From Alphaproteobacteria bacterium (GTDB lineage: Bacteria > Pseudomonadota > Alphaproteobacteria > UBA6615), in NCBI GenBank assembly GCA_028279245.1, contig JANQOE010000128.1, positions 45,573 to 109,572 of the forward strand: a stretch of 64,000 nt of DNA, read 5' to 3'. The position numbers and the translations under genes were made by a program. This document shows, piece by piece, positions 9,651 to 18,564 of the stretch; the stretch's first letter is position 1, and each line of letters starts with the position of its first letter. Below the pieces are notes generated by a model that was given only the letters and a program-made list of their open reading frames with translations, did no database searches and had not been told where the DNA came from.

Positions 9651-10805
9651 TCAGACCCCGAGCAGCGAACTCAGAATGGGCACCGCGACCTTGGTTGCAT
9701 TCTCTCGGTCCGCGACGTTGTAGTGATGATAGAGACCCGGACCGGTGTTCACCTCGAGTATTGCCCCGCCGCTGGCGCGGAGGGATCTGTCTAAAGACGG
9801 CGCGATGATGTCGATGCCGGCAAGGCGAACCCCAATCGCTGCGGCAGCCCCTCGCGCTTCCTCGATCAGATCTGGCGAGACAGCGGTCTTGATCGTGTGC
9901 GTACAGCTCGGGCCACCTTGGTTCGTGACGGTTTTGATAGGCACCACTTCGCCATCCTGCGGCACCGATGCCAAGTCATGCCCCTTTGCACGCAGCGTGA
10001 ACAGGCAGTCCAGGGTGGCGGTAAGTGGCGGGCTCCCCGTCGCTTTGCCAGGCGCCAGCCGCCGCCTGTTCTCGACCGCCATCAACTGCCGGATGTTGGA
10101 TCGGCCATCGCCCGTTACCGTCGGTGGCTCACGGAGCAGGGTGTCGAGCAGAACGCCATCCAAAAACAGAAGGCGGTACACTTGGCCGTCCGCCTGTCGT
10201 TCGGCAATGAGCCGACCATCATAACGCGCCGCAAGGATCGCCGCGCGCGCCAACTGCGACGGCGTCGCTACACTGCTCGTTATGCTTCGCCCGCCGGCCG
10301 TACCCGAGGCAGGTTTGACCACGCAAGGGCCGTCCAACGATGCGAGAAAGCGTTGTGCAACCGGCAAGCTCCCCAGATCGAACTCGACATGATCGGGGAT
10401 CGGCAGAGCCGCGGCCTGCAGCAGTGAGTGCGTAAGGCGTCGGTCCAGCGCGGTGTGAACCGAGACCATGCTGTCGAGGCTTGTCCACTGACGCCAGACG
10501 CGCGTTCCACGGTCGCCAAGCGTAACGCCCAACACACCCCCACCCAACGGGCTTACAGTCGCGCCGATCTCCCTCGCGGCGTCCCGCCACATCCCTTCGT
10601 AGACGGCGTCGTTGACGTCTTCGGCCAGGCGTTTTTCGCGCCGGACCTCGGCGAAACGGTTCAGAGAATAGCTAATCCCCGCGGACCGAAGCATGTCGAT
10701 CCGCGCGCCGAGCTCACATCCCAGCCTTCCGCTGCGTCCGACAAATCCCAGCAGACGAGTGAACGGATCGACCGATCCGATGGCGCTAGAAGGTACTGAG
10801 GCCAT
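9651..10805 (-). CDS. Stand-alone cyanophycin-synthetase/GshF-like ATP-grasp ligase (no Mur-ligase domain)
   Basis: VVKP, P.VTGDG..IRQL..EN, GIDII and ILEVNTGPGL. Start codon uncertain. Confidence 0.8.
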   Translation of the reverse strand: MASVPSSAIGSVDPFTRLLGFVGRSGRLGCELGARIDMLRSAGISYSLNRFAEVRREKRLAEDVNDAVYEGMWRDAAREIGATVSPLGGGVLGVTLGDRGTRVWRQWTSLDSMVSVHTALDRRLTHSLLQAAALPIPDHVEFDLGSLPVAQRFLASLDGPCVVKPASGTAGGRSITSSVATPSQLARAAILAARYDGRLIAERQADGQVYRLLFLDGVLLDTLLREPPTVTGDGRSNIRQLMAVENRRRLAPGKATGSPPLTATLDCLFTLRAKGHDLASVPQDGEVVPIKTVTNQGGPSCTHTIKTAVSPDLIEEARGAAAAIGVRLAGIDIIAPSLDRSLRASGGAILEVNTGPGLYHHYNVADRENATKVAVPILSSLLGV

Positions 10806-10831
10806 TCGGGCGAAGCCCCGGATCTGTGTCC

Positions 10832-11629
10832 TTAGGCGTCGTTGGGGCCCTCGGCGTTGATCTGGCAGCCAGTCGTGGAGAGGATTTGATCCACCCACTC
10901 GTTAGACCAAGTACCTTTCTGAACGGCCCGAAGATAAGAGCGAGACTTATTCCTCTGAGCGGTCAGCCGCGCCAGCAACTCATCTGCAAAACCGTGTGGG
11001 ACGATCACAATTCCGGCCTGGTCTGCGATCGCAATATCGCCTGGATTGACCACCACACCACCACAGGAGATCGGGTAATTGATCTCACCCGGCCCACGGT
11101 GCAGGGGGCCGACCGGCGTCGTCCCGCGGGCAAACACCGGCATATCAAGCGGTTCGATATCTGGAAGATCCCGGATGTAGCCATCCACTATGAAGCCGGC
11201 GATCGACCGATGCTTGGCTTTCCTAGCGACCAGGTCACCAAGGACAGCCGTACGGCTGTGTTGCCCGCCATGGACCACAACAACATCGCCCGGCCGCGCG
11301 ATATCCAGAACCTTGTGGATCATCAGGTTATCGGCCGGATAGACCCGGACCGTGGAGATCGCGCCGGCAAGCTTGTGGGTCGGCGAGGTCAGACAACGGA
11401 TCTCGGCATCCGGTGCGTAGAGCCGGTTGAGTTCGTCAGAGATATCGGGAGTCGCAAATGTGGAGAGGTTGCTAACAAGCTCCGGGTTCGGCCGTCTGAA
11501 ATCCGAAAGAATCCTGAAACCCGGACCAGGGCTAGTGTCCGCGGATTTGGGTTTCGCTGTACCCGGTCCGGCGTGGACTTGGCCTTGCTTCAGCGCTGTA
11601 GTCATCGGACGCTCCTCCACTACCCGCAT
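10832..11629 (-). CDS. RraA family / HMG-CHA aldolase
   Basis: TPDISD, ADNL..HK, PGDVVVV, A..GD, VDGYIRD and V.PGD...D..G. Confidence 0.9.
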   Translation of the reverse strand: MRVVEERPMTTALKQGQVHAGPGTAKPKSADTSPGPGFRILSDFRRPNPELVSNLSTFATPDISDELNRLYAPDAEIRCLTSPTHKLAGAISTVRVYPADNLMIHKVLDIARPGDVVVVHGGQHSRTAVLGDLVARKAKHRSIAGFIVDGYIRDLPDIEPLDMPVFARGTTPVGPLHRGPGEINYPISCGGVVVNPGDIAIADQAGIVIVPHGFADELLARLTAQRNKSRSYLRAVQKGTWSNEWVDQILSTTGCQINAEGPNDA

Positions 11630-11806
11630 GGGTTGTAATGCAGTTATCTATGAGCAGTCGAAATCGGAGAAGAGTATCGAGCGGTCTCAAGCTCTACTCG
11701 CCTCATCAGACTAGGTTCCGAGGCTGGCCCGATCCAAGGCATAATCCGAGCTACCACCGGCTCGCACCGGCTGCCGCGTCCCAAGCGCTCGCCCCGATCA
11801 AAAAAA

Positions 11807-12013
11807 CTACGGGATAGCCTCGGTGAGCCACCAGAACGCCATCAGCAGGGCGACGACGGCAACACACCATGCCGTGTCCGACATGCCGGAGGGCGGCGCC
11901 ACAAGCAGCAGTCCCCCAAATATCACCAAGCCGCCAAGGGCGAGCGGATGCCTTCGCCAGCGCCCTACGTTTGCGGTCCTTTCCGCTCCCACCGGATCTC
12001 CCGTTTGCTCCAT
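11807..12013 (-). pseudogene. N-terminal fragment of an SLC13/DASS sodium:dicarboxylate symporter
   Basis: PP.GMS..AW..A.VALLMAFWWLTEAIP is the classic DASS N-terminus; the ORF stops right after it, at 68 aa. Confidence 0.75.
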
Positions 12014-12145
12014 GGGTCCAGTCTAGATGAACCGCAGCCGGACCACTTGACCCGCATCAAACGGGGATCCTGGCCAAGCGCGTTAGGGGATTGAAAACCA
12101 TTCCTGAGGCGATAGTAGGCGACCGAACCTGCCGCCGAACCAGTA

Positions 12146-12483
12146 TGCCCACCGAAGAACGATGTATCACATTTGACGACCGCGAGACACGCGAGGCCAT
12201 CGTGCTGCAGATCTCCAGCAATGGGAGCGAGGCGCTCGATGACGTCACGGATGTCCAGCTTGGCAACGGCACGACCGCGACCGTCTCCTTTAGCCGCCGG
12301 CCGGACCTTGAGCTATCCGAGAACGCGCTGATGGAAGCGCTGATGCGCTACTGCCAGGCCCGGCGGGTCCCCCTGCCGCAGCGCGGCGTGAAGTCGCTGC
12401 GTCGCGACGAGCACGGTCTTTCGCTTGTCATCCGGCTCGCCGACGCGCCGTTCGCCACGCAGTTGGCTTCCAACGCCGGCTAG
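12146..12483 (+). CDS. Conserved hypothetical protein
   Basis: Coding-like codon usage; MP.E.R.I.F...E...A..L..YC...VPLP....KSL pattern recalled from alphaproteobacterial small proteins. Confidence 0.6.
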
Positions 12484-12488
12484 CCGGC

Positions 12489-13337
12489 TTAGGCGACACC
12501 CCGCAGCCGTTCCGACCGGCGCCGCAGCAGTTCTAGCGTCACCAGCATGCAGACTGAGACGATCACCAACAGCGTGGCGACAGCCAGGATCGTCGGATTG
12601 ATCTGTTCGCGCAGGCCGGAGAACATCTGCCGCGGGATCGTCCGCTGATCGGGGCCGGCCAGGAACAGCACCAGCACGACCTCGTCGAATGACGTAACGA
12701 ACGCGAACAAACCACCGGAGATCACCCCCGGCCGGATCAGCGGCAACACGACGTCCATGAAGGTTCGCAGCGGCCCGGCGCCCAGGCTCAGCCCGGCGTT
12801 GTAGAGCGACCGGTCGAAGCCGCTCAGCGTCGCGGTCACTGTCACGATGACAAACGGCACGCCGAGAGCAGCATGGGCAATGACCAGACCGGGAAAGGTA
12901 CCGACAAGGTTGAAACGGGTGTAGAAGAAGAACATCCCGGCGGCGATGATGATCAGCGGTACGATCATCGGCGAGAGCAGTAGGGCGGTGATGACGCGCT
13001 TCATTGGCATGTCGGGGCTCGCCAGGCCCACCGCCGCTATCGTCCCCAGAACTGTCGCGACGATCGTCGCGAAGAACCCGATGATGAAGCTGTTCTTGAT
13101 CGCCAGTATCCAGTTCGGGTTTTCGAGTATCGCGTGATACCAGCGGAGTGAGTAGGCGCTCGCTTCAAACGATAACATGCCCTCGGTAAAGGTGAAGTAG
13201 GGCTGGCTGTTGAAGCTAAGTGGAATGATCACCAGGATCGGCAGAATCAAAAAGAAGAGTACTGCCGCCGCTGTGAAGCGCAGCGCGTAGATCCCGATCT
13301 TGTGCCAGATCGTGAAGTAGGCGGGGAACTCCGACAC
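12489..13337 (-). CDS. potC: Polyamine/opine ABC transporter permease (PotC-like)
   Basis: YSLRWY, SPMIVP, EAA-like loop SLGAGP and TSFDEVV. Confidence 0.85.
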   Translation of the reverse strand: MSEFPAYFTIWHKIGIYALRFTAAAVLFFLILPILVIIPLSFNSQPYFTFTEGMLSFEASAYSLRWYHAILENPNWILAIKNSFIIGFFATIVATVLGTIAAVGLASPDMPMKRVITALLLSPMIVPLIIIAAGMFFFYTRFNLVGTFPGLVIAHAALGVPFVIVTVTATLSGFDRSLYNAGLSLGAGPLRTFMDVVLPLIRPGVISGGLFAFVTSFDEVVLVLFLAGPDQRTIPRQMFSGLREQINPTILAVATLLVIVSVCMLVTLELLRRRSERLRGVA

Positions 13338-13339
13338 TA

Positions 13340-14605
13340 TCAGCCCAGCTTGATATTGTCGGCGCCGACAAGGCGGTCGTACACCCAGTACAGTCCGATG
13401 ATCAGCAGCAGCAACAGGGAACCGAGCGCCGCCGCCAGCTCCCAGTTGTTCGACTGCTGCATGTGGAAGGCGATGATGTTGGAGATCATCTGCCCGTCCG
13501 TGCCGCCAACCAGCGCCGGGGTGATGTAATAGCCGACTGAAATGATGAAGACGAGCAGCGCGCCCGCCGACAGCCCGGGCAAAGTCATCGGGAAGTAGAC
13601 ACGGATAAAGGCAGGTATTGGACTGGAGCCCAGGGACAGCGCCGCCCGCATATAGCTCGGATCAATCCCCCGCATCACGCTATAGAGGGGCAGCACCATG
13701 AACGGCAGCAGAATGTGCGTCATGGCGACGATGGTCGCGAACTCCGTGAACATCATTTCCAGCGGTTCGCTGGTAATCCCGATGCTCATCAGGACAGAGT
13801 TCACGACCCCATTTGTCTGCAACAGCGCGATCCACGACGTCGTCCGCACCAGCAGTGACGTCCAAAACGGCAGCAGCACGAACACCATCAGGATGTTGGC
13901 GGTGCGCGCGGGCGCGTTCGCGAGACAATAGGAGAGGGGATATCCAAGCAGCAGCGTCAGCACGGTAATGACCAGCGCAATACGCAGCGTCTTGGTGTAG
14001 AGCTGCACGTAAATCCGCGCCGATTGACGTGCGCCGATACTGCCCGCAGCGTCGCGCTCAAGGTCGAGAGCGGTGAGGAAATAGGTATCGGTGTAGGTCC
14101 GTCCGACCTTGCGGACGGTCTGCCATAGCTCCGGCTCGGCCCACTTAGGATTGGCATCGAGCAACAGGGTGGCGCCGTCCGTCGCCAGCGCCGCATCTTC
14201 GGCCCGCCGCAGTTTTCGTGCGGTCGATTTGACCAGGCTCGACGTGCCCGGCAGTCCACGATTGAGTTCCTCGGCGAGTTTCCCGGAGGTCCGTTCGTTC
14301 GCCAGCCGTTTCAGGTCGACAGCCATGCTGGTCAGGATTTCCGGAGCCGGCGTTCCTTCGCCGGACCAGGCCTCCAGTACCGTCAAAGTGTCGGGTATCA
14401 GCTCCACCACGGTCGGGTTGTAGACGCTGCGATGCAGCATCGTCGTGATCGGCGCAAAGAAGGCAAAGCCGATGAAGATCAGCAGGGGCGCGACCAGCCC
14501 AAACGCCACCAGCCGCCGCCGTGTCAGCTCGCGCCTCGCAAACCCGGCTTCTTCGCGGGTCAAACGGGTTGCGGCGGGCGGGGCGGCAAGGGCGATGTCG
14601 GCCAT
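13340..14605 (-). CDS. potB: Polyamine ABC transporter permease (PotB-like)
   Basis: LLPFWTSLLVR, HILLPFMVLPLY and GYYITPALVGG. Confidence 0.85.
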   Translation of the reverse strand: MADIALAAPPAATRLTREEAGFARRELTRRRLVAFGLVAPLLIFIGFAFFAPITTMLHRSVYNPTVVELIPDTLTVLEAWSGEGTPAPEILTSMAVDLKRLANERTSGKLAEELNRGLPGTSSLVKSTARKLRRAEDAALATDGATLLLDANPKWAEPELWQTVRKVGRTYTDTYFLTALDLERDAAGSIGARQSARIYVQLYTKTLRIALVITVLTLLLGYPLSYCLANAPARTANILMVFVLLPFWTSLLVRTTSWIALLQTNGVVNSVLMSIGITSEPLEMMFTEFATIVAMTHILLPFMVLPLYSVMRGIDPSYMRAALSLGSSPIPAFIRVYFPMTLPGLSAGALLVFIISVGYYITPALVGGTDGQMISNIIAFHMQQSNNWELAAALGSLLLLLIIGLYWVYDRLVGADNIKLG

Positions 14606-14616
14606 CAGACGAAGTT

Positions 14617-14644
14617 GGTGGCGCAGGGTTCAACCGGCGCCACC
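14617..14644 (-). other. Intergenic stem-loop after the SBP gene (probable mRNA stabiliser)
   Basis: ggtggcgc ... gcgccacc, an 8-bp inverted repeat. Confidence 0.55.
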
Positions 14645-14658
14645 GGTCTCAATTGCGA

Positions 14659-15732
14659 CTACTGCAGCAGCCACTCATTGAACTTCTCGCCCAGGGACTC
14701 GCCGAAGTCGGCCCAGAAGATGCCGTCAGCCTTGATGCCCTTGTCGATATGCGCTGTCGGCAGGTCGTTGGTGACCGCCGGATCGACTAGGGCCGCGCCG
14801 GACCGGCGGGTCGGGCCGTAGGCCACATCCTGCATGCCCGATAACGGCTTGGTGTTAGTCGCGAACTTGATGAAGTCGAGCGCCAGGTCCTTGTTCGGCG
14901 TGCCTTTGACAATGGCCCAAACGTCCAGGTCGAACACATTGCTGTCCCAGACCATCTCGAACGGTCGCCCGTCGTCTTTGATGGCGCCGAAGATCCGGCC
15001 GTTGGCGGACTGCACCATCACCGCGCCGCCATCATTCAATAGCTGAGGCGCTTGCGACCAGGAATCGAACCACACGAGATCGTCCTTGACGGTATCCAGC
15101 TTGGCGAAGGCCCGGGCCTGACCCTCATCGGTCGACAGCACGTCGTAGACCTCATCCGGCGCCACGCCGTCGGCGATCAGCGCCCATTCGAGATTGACCT
15201 GCGGACGCTTCCGCAGCGCGCGCTTGCCTGGGAAGGTCTCGGTATCGAAGAAGTCGGCGATCGTCGATGGCGGTCCACCACCGATGGTCTCCGTATTGTA
15301 GGCATAAATGATCGCCCAGAAGATCACGCCGACGCCGCACTCATTGGCCAATGCCTCCGGAAAGAAGTCTTCCTCGGCTGGGGTGCCGTCGTCGCCAGGA
15401 GGCAGAATGTCCCGCGGAATGACTTCCAGCAGGCCTTCGGAACACGCCCGTTCTAGGTCGATCACTTCGATGTCGACCACATCCCATTGGATGTTGTTGG
15501 CTTCGACTTGCGCTTTGATCTCGGCGATACCGCCGGAATAGTCCTCGAACAGGACCTTGTTCCCCGTGGCTTCGATATACGGGTCGATCATATGCTTCTT
15601 CTGCGCCGCGCCATAGGCCCCGCCGAACGAAACGGCAGTCAACTCCTGGGCAACCACGGGCCCGGCGGCCATGGCCAACAACGCGGCCGAGCCGATCAGT
15701 GCGCTTCTGAGTGTCATATTTTGCTTCCCCAC
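14659..15732 (-). CDS. Polyamine/GABA-type ABC substrate-binding protein
   Basis: Signal peptide, SFGGAY, WDVVD and FPGKRALRK. Confidence 0.85.
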   Translation of the reverse strand: MGKQNMTLRSALIGSAALLAMAAGPVVAQELTAVSFGGAYGAAQKKHMIDPYIEATGNKVLFEDYSGGIAEIKAQVEANNIQWDVVDIEVIDLERACSEGLLEVIPRDILPPGDDGTPAEEDFFPEALANECGVGVIFWAIIYAYNTETIGGGPPSTIADFFDTETFPGKRALRKRPQVNLEWALIADGVAPDEVYDVLSTDEGQARAFAKLDTVKDDLVWFDSWSQAPQLLNDGGAVMVQSANGRIFGAIKDDGRPFEMVWDSNVFDLDVWAIVKGTPNKDLALDFIKFATNTKPLSGMQDVAYGPTRRSGAALVDPAVTNDLPTAHIDKGIKADGIFWADFGESLGEKFNEWLLQ

Positions 15733-15783
15733 TGTTTGTTAAGTCCTCGGGTTATCGGGCGGACACTGCGTGTGAACGCCGGA

Positions 15784-16962
15784 TCACGTGGCACGAAACG
15801 CGAAACAGTCGCTGGCTTGCCAGATCAACTGCGCGTTCTGCCCTTCGTCGAATTTCGGTGCTGCCAGATCGTTCAGCACCTTGATGGTTACTTCAGAACC
15901 ATCCGGAAGCTCAAAATAGTAGCGGATGAAATCGCCCACATAGTGGCGCACGATAAAGCAGGCCGTGATCTCGCTGTCGTAGGCGTGATCGCTCGGTTTG
16001 ATGAACATTTTCTCCGGCCGAACCGAAACGATGCAGTCCGTGCCCGTCCCGCTGACATCGCCGCGCTGCGTCAACACCTCTTGCCCACCGGCCAGCGTCA
16101 CCCGCACCCGGTCGCCCGCGATTTCCGCGACCGTCCCGGGGATCAGATTGTTCTCGCCGATGAAGTCGGCGACGAACGCATTCTCGGGCTGCTCATAGAG
16201 CACGTCCGGGGTCGCGCATTGCTGCACCACACCGTCATTGAACACCGCCACCCGGTCAGACATTGTCAGCGCCTCGGTCTGATCGTGGGTCACGTAGATG
16301 ACGGTGAAGCCCAGCTTGCTGTGCAGCCGGGTGATCTCGAACTGCATCTGTTCCCGCAGCTTCTTGTCCAGGGCGCCGAGCGGTTCGTCCATGAGCACGA
16401 GGGACGGTTCAAAAATTAACGCGCGCGCCAGCGCCACCCGCTGCCGCTGGCCACCCGAAAGCTGGGCCGGATGGCGATTGCCGAAGCCGCTGAGCTCGAC
16501 CAGGGACAGGTATTCCTCTACCCGGCTATCAATGTCCCTGCGGTCCAGATTTCGCACCTTCAGCGGGTAGGCCAGGTTCTCCACCACCGACATGTGCGGG
16601 AACAGGGCGTAATTCTGGAACACCATCCCGATGTTGCGCTTGTAGGGCGCCAGGCGGGTGATCGGTGTGCCGTTGATCTGGATTTCGCCACCGGTCACGC
16701 TCTCAAACCCGGCCAGCAGCATCAGGATAGTGGTCTTCCCGGATCCTGACGGGCCAAGCAGCGTAATGAACTCACCTTCGGCCACATCCAGGCTGAAGCC
16801 TTTGACGACCAACGTCTTGTGGTCGTAGCTCTTCTTAACGTCAATAAACTGGAGAAACCGGTCGGCCTGAAAGGCCCTGGCCGCAGGGGCGGAAGAACCA
16901 GCAACCCGGCGCGGCCCCGGGCGGGTCTCAGATTCGCTGACTTGACTGACGGCCAAAACCAA
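15784..16962 (-). CDS. potA: ABC ATPase (PotA-like)
   Basis: GPSGSGKT, LSGGQRQR, DEPLGALD and a TOBE tail. Start uncertain. Confidence 0.9.
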   Translation of the reverse strand: MVLAVSQVSESETRPGPRRVAGSSAPAARAFQADRFLQFIDVKKSYDHKTLVVKGFSLDVAEGEFITLLGPSGSGKTTILMLLAGFESVTGGEIQINGTPITRLAPYKRNIGMVFQNYALFPHMSVVENLAYPLKVRNLDRRDIDSRVEEYLSLVELSGFGNRHPAQLSGGQRQRVALARALIFEPSLVLMDEPLGALDKKLREQMQFEITRLHSKLGFTVIYVTHDQTEALTMSDRVAVFNDGVVQQCATPDVLYEQPENAFVADFIGENNLIPGTVAEIAGDRVRVTLAGGQEVLTQRGDVSGTGTDCIVSVRPEKMFIKPSDHAYDSEITACFIVRHYVGDFIRYYFELPDGSEVTIKVLNDLAAPKFDEGQNAQLIWQASDCFAFRAT

Positions 16963-16981
16963 CCGACTACGCTGCTGTCAT

Positions 16982-16998
16982 TAATCCATCATGGATTA
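16982..16998. promoter_or_regulatory. Palindromic candidate operator upstream of the ABC operon
   Basis: TAATCCAT-C-ATGGATTA, a perfect 8-1-8 inverted repeat. Confidence 0.5.
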
Positions 16999-17052
16999 GC
17001 ACACGTTAACCCCCGCGCAGGCAAGGGCCAATCGTGGCAGTCTGCGGTCCTT

Positions 17053-17478
17053 CTAGTTCCTGGCCTCTGGTGGCTGTGGGTTGTTGGCCGGGTTGGTATC
17101 GTGTTTGGTCATCCGGCTGACGATGTCACCCCCGATCAAGGGCTGCAGGGCGGCCTCCAGCGCATCCGCCTTGGTCCGGTCGTAGACCTCGTCCCCACCG
17201 ACATAGAGCGTGAAGGATTTGGTGTATTTGGCTTCCTTGGCGGGGTTCTCGATCGTCGCCTTTGTCCACTCATACAGCGGATAACGATCGACTCCGTTGC
17301 GCTCCGCCTCGGCCACGTAGCCGGCAAACGCATCATACTGACACTTTAGAGCGGCGTCGTGCTCCGCCAGGATAGCTGGCAGCGGCGCCAGCGAAGGGTC
17401 GCTCGGATCGCACCGCGCCGTCGCGGCAAAATCATCCGTCAGGTAGATCCGAACCTGATACTGCCAGTCTTCGCTCAT
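17053..17478 (-). CDS. Conserved hypothetical protein
   Basis: GAGG RBS before MSEDWQYQVRI; strongly coding-like; ends HDTNPANNPQPP. Confidence 0.7.
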   Translation of the reverse strand: MSEDWQYQVRIYLTDDFAATARCDPSDPSLAPLPAILAEHDAALKCQYDAFAGYVAEAERNGVDRYPLYEWTKATIENPAKEAKYTKSFTLYVGGDEVYDRTKADALEAALQPLIGGDIVSRMTKHDTNPANNPQPPEARN

Positions 17479-17621
17479 GGCTTCCTCTTGGCGATCGCCA
17501 ACCGGCCGGTTCCGGCTTTTCGTACCGAGACGGTTGTCTCGCACAGGTGCTTCAGTATAAGCGGACCTGCTTCGGAGGTCTCGGACCGGCCGTCGCGCCT
17601 CCAGGAAAAGAGTATAGCGCA

Positions 17622-18137
17622 TTGGACGGAATTGGCAGCGAGCGTCTCAAAGAGTTGGTTGGCTATTGGCGAGAGCTAGCAGCAAACGCCAATGGCATGC
17701 CGCCGCGCAGCGTGCTGGACCCGAACGACATCCCCCAACTGCTGCGCCAGATGTTGCTGGTTGACGTCGAGTATGAGCCCCTACGCTTCAGCAATCGGCT
17801 GGTCGGGACCAAGGTGGCAAGTTCCGTTGGCCGCGATACCACGGGCCAGGCCGTCGAGGGCAACATGTACCGGCAGACGACCGGCAAGATCGTCGAGTCC
17901 TACACGGCGGTGGTCGACGAACGCCGCCCGATGCACGCGGTCGGCACCGTCAAGTTCTCGGCAGCCCACACTCTCGATGCGGAGGTCGTGCTGCTGCCGT
18001 TATTCGACCACGATGTCGTGGTCGTCATCGTGGTCGGTCTCGAACTAGACGGCGTCGCGATGGCGGGCGCTGGGCAGCCCCAGAGCAATCGGTCGTTTGA
18101 GATCCATACCAAAGGGCCGCGACTGTTACGGTTGTAG
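17622..18137 (+). CDS. PAS_5-type domain protein
   Basis: YW....MP.R..LDP, RLVGT and VVLLPL. Start uncertain. Confidence 0.75.
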   Translation: MDGIGSERLKELVGYWRELAANANGMPPRSVLDPNDIPQLLRQMLLVDVEYEPLRFSNRLVGTKVASSVGRDTTGQAVEGNMYRQTTGKIVESYTAVVDERRPMHAVGTVKFSAAHTLDAEVVLLPLFDHDVVVVIVVGLELDGVAMAGAGQPQSNRSFEIHTKGPRLLRL

Positions 18138-18240
18138 TCACCCCCTACGAAAGGGCAGCGCTCCCACTAGCGCGCGGTGGCGCCGACTCCGCTCGTGGCA
18201 GCACCCTTGGGCACAGTTGATTTGCCTGAGGGAGCCCAAC

Positions 18241-18564
18241 TTGCACGCAACTGACGTTGAAAAGTACGCCTCCGCCGTCCAGGACGCTTACGGCGAAGAC
18301 GCGCGGGAATTCGCCCGCAAAATGGCAGCGCGTTTTGCCGGAACCGAGACCGAGGTCGAGCTGTTTTGGCAAACTGTCGAGCAGAGTCTCGCAGCCGAGG
18401 CACCTTCCAGTGAGCCCGCGCCATCTTCGCCGCCGGCCCGGAACGGACCGCAACTCCGCCAAATCGCGGCCAACGCCACGAGCCTGCTTCGCGAGGCCTT
18501 GACCCCCGAAACCGGCTCTACGAGACGCTTCGTCCCAAGGATCGCGGCCGGCGCTTCGACTTAG
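18241..18564 (+). CDS. Hypothetical protein
   Basis: GAGGGAG RBS before TTG 18241; helical N-terminal half (YG.DA..FA...W..V). Confidence 0.5.
   Translation: MHATDVEKYASAVQDAYGEDAREFARKMAARFAGTETEVELFWQTVEQSLAAEAPSSEPAPSSPPARNGPQLRQIAANATSLLREALTPETGSTRRFVPRIAAGAST

Noticed and set aside
9651-10898. Cyanophycin synthetase cphA
   Set aside because: Only the ATP-grasp part is present (~385-415 aa); no Mur-ligase domain and no cphB.
10826-11638. Long antisense/alternate-frame ORFs (also 15487-16419, 30570-31454, 40810-41700, 51184-52098)
   Set aside because: They overlap well-supported genes and are expected in high-GC DNA.
16995-17011. Weak CtrA-like sites (also near 12083 and 22301)
   Set aside because: Two or more mismatches; not distinguishable from chance.
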